Source of the DNA: Mactra antiquata | Lineage: Eukaryota | Direction of reading: 5' to 3' | Assembly: GCA_047288015.1 (NCBI GenBank) | Contig: CM103826.1 | Coordinates: 3,789,510-3,853,509 of the forward strand | Length of the DNA: 64,000 nucleotides | Shown: one piece after another, positions 28,145-40,463 of the stretch | How the letters are laid out: every line of letters starts with the position of its first letter | Position numbering within the stretch: the first letter of the stretch is position 1 | Position numbers and translations under genes: made by a program | Notes under the pieces: generated by a model | The model's database searches: none | Told to the model about the DNA's origin: nothing | Seen by the model: the letters and a program-made list of their open reading frames with translations, nothing else

Positions 28145-28195
28145 GCAACCATAGGCGTTCTGTGATTGCAACATAGGCATTCTGTGATTGCAACA
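28145..28195. repeat. 24-bp tandem duplication (TAATTGCAACCATAGGCGTTCTGTGAT) with about 2.5 copies. The paralogous unit at 33645 has one copy.
   Basis: Direct reading and comparison with 33640-33690. Confidence 0.8.
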
Positions 28196-31100
28196 TTTAG
28201 TTATAGAAATTGAATATATTAATCGGACATCTGCCTTCAATACCACAATCATAAAATTTTTAATCGTTGGTGTTGCTACAGAAACCTTACAGCGAAAATA
28301 ATCGTAAGTCAAAACTGAAAGAAGATTGTTAATGTTTTTCATATCAACTAACTCTCTATAGACGTAACTTGTGCATCATATTCAATATTCTGACCATCAT
28401 GTTATATAAACAGGTGTTTGATCATCGGACCGTTACAAATTCATAAAATAGTCTCATGATGATTTTGAAGTAACCTTTGTGGACGCGACAGGTCCTAACC
28501 TACCATAAAATTCAAAAGTAAGTTCGACTTTCCTCCGTATTGGAAGACCTCTGACGTACTCCTAAAGAAAATAGTCAAGGAAGGCTGTTCAGGAGCATTG
28601 TGTCCACCCAGATAAGTCTGTGTGAGGTACCGCTAAGCATGCTATTTATTTACACTCGACCACGTGGCAATGTCTACATTCTAACAAAGTCTCTGTACAC
28701 CTAAACAGTATCGTTTGGATATTCTTTCCTATTGCGCCAGAGTATAATATTGTTATTCTATCATATCATTGTACTATATTGCACTATACTCTTCCTTGTT
28801 TACATTTGTCATTCCATTCAAAATTGAAGGTAGAATACATCTGGGATGTTGTGGATATGCTCTCACTGAGGAGTAAAAGGAACTTGAAGTATATGAATTA
28901 TTATTCTTTGGTCATAAGTTATTAGTCGTTCTTCTAGTATGTAAGAATATTATTATAATTGCAATCAAAGAAATACAAGGATTTTGTGTTCACTCACCGA
29001 ACTATTTTCTGCGAGATGTCAAAATAGCCGGAAAATGCGCTGATTTGTGCATCTCAGTAGAGAGGTCTTCTTTCACCGTCTATGTATAAAGCGGGTTGGG
29101 GGCGCCGGCTGCCGTGAATAACTGGAAAGATGATGATAAACGGAGTAAATTCCAAAGAAAACAAATAACTTCTCATTTAAAAGGTCGTGCACGTTTTTAT
29201 ATTTTTTCTTTAACATTGTTGTCCTGTCACAAGGACATTCAGCCGTGTGTCTACACGATTTACATGGAGAACAAATATTGAATACTCCAAAGAATTCAAG
29301 ATTTATGTCTGACATTATTATTTATGTCTTTTTCATAGATATTTGCATAATACTATGTCTAGGGTAGAAGATAATTGGAAAGTTGTGACTGTTTCCTATG
29401 AAATATATCTTAATGTAAAACATAACCTTCAAATATTGCTACATAACCATATTATGAATGCATATATGCAAACAACAATTGAAATTCTAGAAAAGTAACT
29501 ACCGGCATACCATTTCATTTTGTTGTTTTTTTTCACTTGCTAATTTTACCACGATCATCGATGGAAAGTTCCTGGTGTTTAACGATTGCCCGTCGATACG
29601 AAGTTAACGCACAGTCAATAAAATAGTGACTATTTACGTGTATATTGTCTCACAAATTTGCCGTATGTCTTTTTAATTCGATTACGTTCGGTCCAAAATG
29701 ACAGGGAAAGAACATGTTTACTTTCTATAAACAAAATTTGCGTTTAATTATCTCTTTTTATTGAGACAAAATGTGAAATTGCATAGCATAGATTACTTTA
29801 GAGAAAGAAATGTGTGATCATTTTACTTTTTATAGAATGCCTTGAGTTAGCATAATGATTTAAATAGCGCAAATAATGGTCGGTTTATTGGGAACATTAA
29901 AGGCAAATTGACTTGCATGGGTGGTGATAAATGGCAATGTTCGGCTTAAGTGGGTTAATATATAAGTAACAACAAACAGTCATGGTATAGTTTCCCCAAT
30001 TTAACCATTTCCTCGCATTGTAAAGTTCAATGCAAAGATATGAGATTTCGCAATAAAGCATAGAGACTGCTTCAGATGTTTCCACTAGTATCCTGGTGAA
30101 GTTTTTCTCTTGCGGAGATTATCCGGAAACCAAAGCATTTTGATTTAATTTCGCTATTTTTACATTTATATAATAATATAATATGTCTGAGTATTTACTC
30201 AAAATGTTCATTAAACCTTGCAATCCGATAAAATATGTGATCTAAAATTATTACAGTGTTCAATTAAGTATGCTTTAAAAACTATGAAGATAATTTAGAA
30301 AGATCTTTAATGTGAAAAATACACATTTTTCCTGCTTCACAATGCAACGTGGATAATTATAATATCTAAGTTTATGTACGGGTGGTGACGTCAATACACT
30401 CATAAAAAGCAAATGTACGTAATATTGTATTAAAACTTGGAAAACATAACAATACACTCAGGGATTCAAAAAAGTTTTACAGGGGGTTACACAGACGTTT
30501 ATTCAAATGACAAATAAAATTTACCTCTGACTAATAGAGTGTGGCGAGTTTGAGACAAGCTCCCGACTATGACTCTTTTTGTGAGAAGATAGAATCATAA
30601 CGCAAGAAATTAGAATTAACCTACTTAAAATATTAGAATATATAAAATCCGAAAATACACTAAACATACATATTTTGTTCTTATGACGAGCGTGTTTGTT
30701 ATAGTTCAGATTTCAAATTGGAAAGCCAACTAAATTGCAGGAACATTTTAAATGCTCAGAAAATCTTCTATATATTATTCAAAACTATATATTATTTGAG
30801 GATATAAATATTTCACATTTGTGCTACATGTATTGACAACTCGCTTTGGATAGGTGCAGAGTTCCGAGCTGCTAACTGTTGCGTTGCATCAGCAAATCTA
30901 TAAACAATTTCTGTGTCTTCAATAACTCGTGCATTTGATCAACATGCTAATTTGTTCTCGTGATAACAAATGCCTTACAACATTTAAATTCTGATTTATT
31001 TCATTTAAATGCATTTTCTATTTCGGTGCAGAACGTACAGAAAATTGAATGTACCTTTAGTAACCCATTTTTTTAAAAATTCACACATTTTTGATGCTAT

Positions 31101-32055
31101 GCGTAGGAATTCATACTTTCATGTAAAACGTAAATAGTTCTTTAAAAGTTTCGGAATTCCTTCTACAGTTGTAAACATAGAGTGAATGGCATCTACATAC
31201 ATTTCTAACATTTTAGTAGTTAACAGCGATACGCTAGCTTTGCTTTGGCGGTCGAAGAAATTTGTGATGATGAAATGCGGTGCATTTATAAAAGATCTTG
31301 TTAAATGTATTTGTAGCATTAATAAGGTATAAGTGGATGAATACGGTACGTTCCAGTCTGATATATTACACCCATAGCTATCACCTATCTTTAACGACAG
31401 ATTGTTACCTATTTCATAATCCGAGTTTCAATAAACAATCGTCCTCTGTATACATTGATCATATTAAACTCTTCCATGTTAACAGTTTTTAACAAATTGG
31501 ATACACGTTTCCAGATACTTGAACCATTTCTTTAAAATGTTGGTATACATATTCAACTATCGCTTTGACGTACAGCATCTAAAAATTTATAGTGCCTCAT
31601 ATTCCACACTTATGGTTCAAAACAGACAATAGTCGTTAATTTCAAGCGACCAAAATGAATCACATACATAAGTCGCGCTCAGATGTAATTATTCGCCATG
31701 TATCAATACTTTCAAAATGCTTAGAGTAAGGGTTCTGACGCGTCAGCAAATTGATTACATGATTGCAGGCATTACCAGTATGTGTTCTAACACTAGCATG
31801 TTCTAATTGGGGACCGCTTATAAAATCATAAAATGCACAATTTTCATTTATTCTATGTACAAGTAAATGTTCTCAACCACCATCATTTGAAGACACTGTA
31901 CATAGATGCTGATGAATGGTGGCCATGTCAGATAGAATTCTTGATTTAAAACTTACTGATTTAAACACAATTTTAGTTCTAACCGAAATTGGCAACCTTG
32001 ACCGTTTGTGTGTGTCATCACCAGCAGGAAAAATATCAACCTTCTGTCTTTATTC

Positions 32056-33100
32056 TACATTTGTCTATCTGATAATAATAATAATAATATCTTTATTTAC
32101 GGTTGAACACTCCTAAAGCACGAGGCTTATCTACCAGGAGGTCATCTAACATAACAATAATAATTTTACACATAAATAAACAATATAACAAAAATTATCA
32201 GAGAATAAAAGAAAAAATACAATTGTAAAAAGCAGCAATCTGGATAATTAGATTAAGACAGATACATAAAGTGATGAAATCAAGTTGTTGCAATACTAGG
32301 AAGGGGTATGTTTGAAATTTTTTGAAAAAGAAACACTTTAAGCAAAGAGCGGAAGTTATTAAGAGACGGTGCATTTTTTATACTTAGAGGTAAAATATTC
32401 CAGATAGATGCAGATTTGTATTGAATTGTTGTTTTACTATAATATGATCTACAAAGCGGTTGAGTAAGCATGGAACTGTTTATAGAACGGAGAGAGTAGT
32501 TATCGTTTTTAGAAACACAAATTAAATTTCTCATATAGTCAGGTGTCATATCATTAATAATTTTGTATATCAATATTGCCTGATGAAATTGACATCTCTG
32601 TAAGAAGGGGAGCCAGTTCAGCTCGATAAAAAGAGGGATAGAAGGAGATGTGTAGGTTTGTCAAATACCATTCTTGCTGCTCTTTTCTGTCCATTAATTA
32701 TTTTAGAGATGACCTTTTTTGAAGAATTAGACCATAATATAGAAACGTAGTCAAGAATTGGCTGTATGTAAGCATTACAAAACAATTTTCTCATTTCAAC
32801 ATTCAAAAACGGTTTGATTCTACGGAATAAACAAAGCTTAGAATTTAATTTATTGTATGTCATAGACACATGTGCCTCCCATTTCAAATTATTATCTATG
32901 ATTACACCTAAGACTTTTGTTGGTTAACACATTGAATAGGTTCATTTTGAAGTAAAATATTTAAGTTTCTAGATTTTTTTTGTTTTATGAGCTGAGCCTA
33001 ATAGCATAGTAGTAGATTTTTTAGGATTTAGTTTTTGATATAATGATATACTACAAGTAAAAAAGCAACAAGTCCGCAAAAAAGTCCGAAAAAGTCTTAA
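32056..33100 (-). mobile_element. 5'-truncated non-LTR retrotransposon (LINE) 3' fragment. It carries the RT C-terminal region and a 3' UTR ending in an (ATT)n tail. It is frameshifted, so it is a pseudogene copy.
   Basis: Minus-strand translation LGVIIDNNLKWEAHVSMTYNKLNSKLCLFRRIKPFLNVEMRKLFCNAYIQPILDYVSILWSN...KIINGQKRAARMV, followed by YKIINDMTPDYMRNL...SLRS...WNILPLSIKNAPSLNNFRSLLK. These match the conserved C-terminal LINE RT motifs (LGV.D..L.W..H; LY...VRP.LEY....W; LE.VQRRA.R; YKI; LRS; WN.LP..IR...SL..FK..LK). The 97-, 89- and 88-aa ORFs lie in different frames. The fragment interrupts repeat unit L; intact paralogues are at 17460-17760 and 27060-27310. Confidence 0.8.
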
Positions 33101-33872
33101 ACTAACGTGACCCAACATGAGTAACTCATTGTCCCGTCTGCAAATTCTGCCAGACAATTTAGTTACGGTATTACAATTCATTGTCTTATTCATACTAAGT
33201 ATGACAATGTATCGTATATATGCGTGCGGATACATTCATGTTAACATTACCTAAACCATGTAAAATTTGCGTTCAAATACATGACATCGCACATCATAGA
33301 AAATGTGAAAATAACATGCAGACATTTCAGTACAAGCGTAAATCTGAAGGTGGGTGTAAACTCCATGTTACTTGTCCGTCTTGAAAATTGACAATATTAA
33401 TTTTGCAATCGGTTCGGACAGCTAATAATGATAAAATAAAATATCCGCGAATACAATCCATTGTGTTGTACATTGATTAGTGTTGTATAGGACAGTCTTT
33501 CCAGCCTAGTAATGGTCTACTAGAAAGTCAAGACAACCGAAAATCAAATTTCTTTCCAATAATGTGTGGACGATTTGTTCTATAGATCCAATGCCAAATT
33601 AACTTTGGCAACCATAAAGAGGAGACACAATGTGATCTGACAAGCCTTAATTGCAACCATAGATATTCTGAGACTGCAACATTTAGTCATGGAAAGAGAA
33701 TATCAATCGAACATCGACCTTCAATATCACGATCACAAGATTGATAAAATGTAGTTATTATCACAAACATTCTTAAAACACTAAGTGCAATGTGGCCATT
33801 GAAGAAAAATCTTTAATTATAAAGAGAATGATATGATGTGCGGAATCGTTTCAATACTTGGAGGTTTTTGGG

Positions 33873-34166
33873 TTTTTTACTTTTTTTGTTGGGTTTAACG
33901 CCGTGTCACTACAAATTAAGGTCATTTTACGGCGGCCAGCTCATCTAACCTAGCTTTCCTGGGCCCTTGTCTATAACCAGTACTCACCTACCCTTCCACA
34001 AGGCCGACAACTTCTCCATATACCTTATTAATGGAGGAAAAATCGATACTATTGTCGCATTTTCATGGAAGGGTATAACCAGCCCGGGTGAGGCTCGAAC
34101 CAGCGACCCCTTCGGGACACTAGACTCGAAATCGTGCGCGTAGCCTACTGCGCCACGGACCCGGGT
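33873..34166 (-). mobile_element. SINE family C.
   Basis: Family C consensus. Confidence 0.85.
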
Positions 34167-34308
34167 TTGGGGTTTTTAATGATCACCTCAGAGTCGAAAT
34201 TTTACCACTTTACAAGCTTGTGATTGATTTTGTCATGAAAATAAAATTTAAAATGTACCCTATATCGGCCATTAGAAGTCCCTATTTTGTTATTATAGAT
34301 ACACCAGT

Positions 34309-34612
34309 CCGCCCGGCTAGCTCAGTTGGTAGCGCACAAGTCTACTGATCGAGGGGTCGTTGGTTCAATTCCCAGGCGGGACATACTTTCTTGGAGCTTG
34401 GTCATGAAATAATTTCTACGGCCATTGTCTCTCCTTCCACTGATTCTAAATCATGTTGGGCAGTTGTCAGTCACTGACAGAAGTATGCGCCTAGTAACTG
34501 GTTAACAGCTAAATCCAGAGATTTAGCCTTTCCAGGAACGGTGATTAGGTTGACTGACCGCCGTGATATGACCTATACAATGTGTTGCTACGGCGTTAAA
34601 CCAACAAAAAAT
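34309..34612 (+). mobile_element. SINE family A, full length.
   Basis: More than 90% identical to the copies at 35287 and 46172. Confidence 0.85.
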
Positions 34613-35286
34613 AGATACACCAGAATCTTCAATCGAAACCCAAAATACGTTCCATCTCAAATTTCAAATATTCTGATTTTTAGTTATTTTGCTTCATTGT
34701 GAATATTTTACCATCAATCAAAAGTTCTCGAAGTTTTACGATTGCCCGTCGATACTATGTTAACTCCCAGCCAATAAAATGGTGACTATTTACGTGTGGT
34801 TTGTCTCACAAATTTTCCGAATGTCTTTTTAATACGATAATACTCAGTCCAAATTACAGGGAAAGAAAATTTTACGGCCAATAAACAAAGTCAGTGTATA
34901 ATTATCTCTTTTTGTTGAGAGGTAAGAGTGAAATTACATAGCTAAGATTCCTTTATAGAAAATTTATTTTGACCATGTTTCTTTTTATATTATTATGTGC
35001 GTTATAAATGAGTATTATGATTGAAAGAATGCAAAGAAAGGTCGGTGGGGGAGTTCTAAAAGCAAAATTGGCTTGCATTGGTGATGATCAATGGCAGTTT
35101 CTCGGCTTCGGCGAGTTAATATATACATTTTATATTTGTATTGTATAAAAAAAGAGTTATGGCTGATTTTGCCAATTTAACCATGCTCGCATTGTTAAGG
35201 CAAAGAATTGAGATTTCACAACAAAACGCAGTCATAGTTACGTGTTCTTCTCCAGGAAATACTATCCAAACGCTAAAGCATTTGCA

Positions 35287-35598
35287 GCCCGCTCGGCTGG
35301 CTCAGTCGGTGGCGCACAAGTCTACTGATTGAGGGGTCGTGGGTTTGATTCCCGGGCGGGACATACTTTCATTGAGCTTGGTCATGAAATAATTTCTACG
35401 GCAATTTCCCCTCCTACCACTCATTCTAAATCAAGTAGGGCAGATGTCAGTCACTGACGGAAGTATGCGCCTAGTAACTGCTTAACAGCTAAATCCAGAG
35501 ATTTGGCCTTTCCAGGAACGGTGATTAGGTTGACTGACCGCCGTGATATGACCTATACAATGTGTTGCTACGGCGTTAAACCCAACAACAACAACAGC
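35287..35598 (+). mobile_element. SINE family A, full length.
   Basis: Family A consensus. Confidence 0.85.
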
Positions 35599-37514
35599 AT
35601 TTTGAATCTTCTTTTAGGTACTTTAGCATTTATATATGAGTTTATTCATGAGTATTTACACCAAACGTTAATTGAAATTTGGAATTCTACAAAACAAATA
35701 GAATTATTACAAGATTAAGTGCAAACGGGCCATTGAAGTTATATCGAATTAAATATTATAAAGTATTTTGTGTGATATTTACAACAGCTCAAAATGTGAT
35801 TATACCAACATTCTCGCAGGCGAAATTTTACGTTTTTACTGTTTTCAAGCTTGCAGTTAATTTCATCGTAAAAAACCGTCAGGAAACAAAGCTATTAAAT
35901 TTTATGGGATGAAAATTACTTACAATTACATAACCTGCTTTATTCGATTATTTTTTTATTTCTAAGGGAATATCTCATGAATTGTGTTCAATAAAGAAGG
36001 CACTAAAACCTTTTAAGATAAATTAGCAAGATCTGTAATGTTAATAAATACACATTTTCCTGCTTTACAATGCAAGAAGGATAATTGTAATATCTATGTT
36101 TATGCAAAAGGCATGACGTCAATACATTTATATACGATACAAATGTTCGTAATGATGTATTAAAACTTCACGCTTGCATTTTGTTAGTACACCGGGGGTC
36201 TAGAAATTTTCCAGGGGAACAATAGGCATAGTGAAACATTATAATGATTATAAAATCCGATTATGCGTGATTGTAATTTATATATTTAAGAAGTATAAGT
36301 AATGAACGATGCACCAATAAAAGCTCGTATGATAATGGTCACTGCGTGTGAACATCGCTGCATTAGTTTTGAGGACACAAGTTTCCGGATTTTCCTATCA
36401 TTATACACTTTATTTGGAGCCTGTAAAACTCAATTTGCATGATTTATTGCGTATATAGAATGTTGGTTTATTTGCTGTCTTAAATGAAATCGGATTTATC
36501 GTGGTTGCTGTACAACTATGGAGACTGTTATACAACAGTCCCACACAATTTCTCCCCATTGTAATAGTTGTCTTTTCGCAGAGTTAAACCCTATGAGTTA
36601 TTACACGGACGATGACTGAAACGACAAATCGAATTTACCTCTAAATAACAAAGGGTTGCTAGTTAGAGCCAATCCAACGACTATGACAGTTCATTTACCG
36701 TGACATACGAAATAAGAATAAGACTTACCTAACTATTTAGAATAAATGAAATCAAAATTGATTCTAAAAATACATAACTTGTTCTTATAATGTCTATGAC
36801 GAGCATTATTGTTTTTGTTAAGATTTCAAATTGGCTATCCAACTGAATTTCAAAACCAATTCAAATTGCACAGAAAATATTCCATATATTGCTTAAAACT
36901 AGCTACAATTTGTTGCTGTTAATATTTTTCACTTGCACTACATGTATTTGTATTGACAAGTGGTTTTGGATACATGCAGAGTTATGAAATGTATTCCATT
37001 GAGCTACAATCAGTAAAACCGATAAACACTTCCTTCGAGTTTAATTGCTTTGCTCGCGCATGTATGATAAATGTGTCTCTCACATGATTTCATGATTTTC
37101 ACATGATAGCACATTCCTAATAGCATCCAAATTCAAGTCAATTTTTATTTAATCCAAAGGAATTTCATGTTCGTGCTGAACGTAAAGAAACGCATTTCAA
37201 TTCACCTACTTTTCTGAATTCAAAATTACATACATTAAATGCAAAGGAATTTCTTCTTTCGTGTAACACTTGAAACGAATGCTTCAAGTTCAGAATTCTT
37301 TGTACAACCACTATAACACTGACTGGCGTTTTGGCACTTACATACATTCATAAACATTTTTGTGGCTAATAGTGAAATGATATCTTTGTTTTAGTTATCA
37401 AAGAAATTTAGTAAAATTAGGATAAATCTAAAGTATACCTTCTAAATGTATTTGTGTCATACATAATGTTTAAGCATGTTAACTTTCATTGTGATCATCT
37501 CGGCTATGTTTCGC

Positions 37515-38030
37515 GATAGTAGGATACAGAAATATTCAATGTTTGATTGCATATCTCTCAACAGATTTTACAAAGGCTACAGTAATAGCCAATGTTTGAT
37601 TGTATGTCTCTCAATAGATTTTACAAAGGATACAGTAATAGCCTATGTTTGAATATATGTCTCTAAATAGATTTTACGAAGGATACAGTAATAGCCAATG
37701 TTTGAATGTATGTCACTCAATAGATTTTACGAAGGATACAGTAATAGCCGATGTTTGAATGTATGTCTCTCAATAGATTTTACGAAGGATACAGTAATAG
37801 CCGATGTTTGAATGTATGTCTCTCAATAGATTTTACGAATGCTACAGTAATAGCCTATGTTTGATTGTATGTCTCTCAATAGATATTACGAAGGATACAG
37901 TAATAGCCGATGTTTGAATGTATGTCTCTCAATAGATTTTACGAAGGATACAGTAATAGCCTATGTTTGAATGTATGTCTCTCAATAGAGTTTACGAAGA
38001 ATACAGTCATACTCTATGTTTTATCGACTG
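37515..38030. repeat. 53-bp minisatellite with about 9 copies. The unit is GTTTGAATGTATGTCTCTCAATAGATTTTACGAAGGATACAGTAATAGCCGAT.
   Basis: Exact 53-bp period (for example GTAATAG at 37741 and again at 37794). The paralogous array unit at 40195-40500 has only 1-2 degenerate units. Confidence 0.9.
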
Positions 38031-40280
38031 GGTAGGTTTCAGTCTGATGTTACACATTTGTATTTCGAGAAGAGCTTGTAAATGTACTTGCTACAAATTA
38101 GATTAGATCAAAGTAAGTAGAACATGTTTCAAACTGATGTAAACAGTGTTAGATTGGAGATTCGGAATACAGATGTTCAAAGTAAACACAGATGTAAATA
38201 AAAAATGTATGGTCATCTGTCGGAAAAAATCAGTCGTATTCCGGGATAAAATTGTGACCGGTACCTGTAAAATATGAAAACGAGAAGAAAAATCATAAAC
38301 CACTTAAGCTGTAGTTACTAAGGTGACACTATTGAAATTATTCCTTCGATCATGCTCTTGCGGATAGGGCCGGGGTCGGGGAGACAAGCATGGAGCCTGC
38401 AATTTTGAAATTTTAATACAAAAACATAATCAAATAGTCCATAATAATTGTCAGTCTGCTATCTTCTAGAAACTTCCGAGTAATTTGAAATCTGGCAAGA
38501 CAGTTATATTGGCTGTAACCGTCAGCGTCCTGGTGACATCTTTAAGACTTTGACTAAGTAATTACATCACACTCTGTGATTTCTGAACGTATAATTACAT
38601 ATAGTCCAATATTCTCATAGAAAGGTAATTAGTATTCTGTAGTAACAAAACAATCGTCTGCTACTAGAATTAAAAAATAATAATATTTTATTATACCGTC
38701 TGCTATCGCTAAAATATTTATTGACGTCTTTATGGAAACAATAATTGAATTCAAAGAGAGGACACTTCGTAGAACTAGCACCGTCTCATGACCTCAGACC
38801 AAGTATATGTAATATTTTACATAGAAGCATATATTTCATTCACAAGTTTACTAAAAACCTGCCAGTCAGGCATTACGTGTATACTTAAGAAAATATTAAA
38901 CGAAACTTTTAATCATCCTACGCGTATAACAGCTAGAATTTCCTTCATAAGAGCAAAGCATTAAGATTTTCGTTCAAATGCATGGGCGGTGTCAATGGGT
39001 CGATGGACACTTTTTTTATCGATTATTCAAACCAGCTTTCTTAGTCTCTTCTTTGTGAAGACATATGAACAGAATATATATAGGACCACCGTCAGCAATA
39101 TGTCTACAATATACCCCATCGACAGAAGTCACAGCGAAACATAATGATAAAATCCGTACGGTTGAAAATCATTTTATATAAGAAATATGAGCGACACGCT
39201 TACAAAAATGTCATGTTTTAATGTCCACTGTGCATAAACGAAATTGCAGTCTGATGTTTTTGTGAGCACAAGCTTTCGTATTTTCATATCAATGTACACT
39301 TAATTTGAGAGGCTTCAACATTCAATTTGTATCATTTATTGCCTAAATCCTTAAAGATTATTCAAGACATTACATGGACGTTTACTTATAAGCAAAATTT
39401 CCATGACGCAAAAAAGAACTAGACTTACCTGTTACTTGAATATATGAAATCCGAAATCTAACAAAAAACATAAAGCGAGTGTAATTGTTACTGTTCAGTA
39501 CCATTTCAATACCCAAAACCAATTGAATTTCATTTACATTTAAAATGCACAGAAAATCGACCATATATTTCTCAAAACTATCTATTATTTTAGAATGTAA
39601 ATATTTGGGTTACATGTATAATTTAGTACATATTGACAAATTGCTTTGGATACATGCAGAGTTACGAACTGCATCCCATTGAGCTAAAATCAACAAAAGC
39701 GATAACAACTGCAGAGAGTTCAACTGCTTTGCTCATGCATATATGATAAACGTGCCTGGTGTTTTTCACATGATAACACTTGCCTTACATCATCCAAATT
39801 CTATATCACTCTATTTTAATCCAAAGGAATTTCTCTTTTCTTGCAGAACGTTAAAAATGCATTACATGTAACTCACTATAATTCTAAAATTCACAATTAT
39901 TCAAATTCAATGCGAAGGAATTTCATCTGTTTTGTAACACATGAAATGAATGTTTCAATTCAGAATTCTTTGTACAATCACTAACACTGACTGACGTATT
40001 GGCATCGACATACATTTATAAACATTTTTTGTGGCTAATAGTGAAATTATATCTTTGTTTTAGCGATCAAAGATATTTGGGAAGATAAAGATTAATCGAA
40101 AATAGATCTTCTAAATGTATCTGTAGGATGAATAAGACAGGGAAGGATGAAATATGTTTAAAACTTTCATTCTGATCATCTCTGTTTCAAACAATACGAA
40201 GTATATAGCAGTACGATGTTTATTTATGGCTCTCAATTTAGATTTTACGGAGGATACGGAAATGCCTAATAATTAAACTG

Positions 40281-40463
40281 TTTTGTTTGTTTTTGTTGGG
40301 TTTAACGCCGTAGCAACACATTGTATAGGTCATATCAAGACTGTCAGTCAACCTTCTTACGTTCCTGGACAGGCTAAATCTCTGGATTTAGCTGTTAACC
40401 AATTACTAGGCGCATACTTCAATCAGTGACTGACATCTACCCTACATGATATAGAATCAACTG
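40281..40463 (-). mobile_element. SINE family A, 5'-truncated, with a roughly 15-26 bp target-site duplication (GATACGGAAATGCCT...).
   Basis: GATACGGAAATGCCT(A/G)ATA.TT.AAC is present at both 40246-40280 and 40464-40490. The copy sits inside the degenerate 53-bp minisatellite of array unit copy 3. Confidence 0.8.

Larger units (their letters stand above)
26990..31100. repeat. Roughly 5.2-kb array unit, copy 1. Copy 2 is at 31950-37400, carrying LINE and SINE insertions and the 53-bp minisatellite. Copy 3 is partial at 39260-41780. Sub-blocks also occur at 17380-17760 and 21560-21800.
   Basis: Colinear anchor pairs are 27000/31950, 27990/33490, 29540/34720, 30230/35985, 30510/36630 and 30780/36900. 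Copy 3 matches at 39260-40090 (Q, R, S blocks), 40470-40700 (U) and 41270-41780 (V, W). Confidence 0.8.

Noticed and set aside
32280-33235. Three separate minus-strand ORFs (97, 89 and 88 aa) that could be called as three genes.
   Set aside because: They are consecutive, frameshifted pieces of a single 5'-truncated LINE RT C-terminus.
37515-38030. Regular 53-bp direct repeats that resemble a CRISPR array (similarly the 23-bp repeats at 57595-57970).
   Set aside because: The units are contiguous with no unique spacers, and the context is eukaryotic. They are minisatellites.
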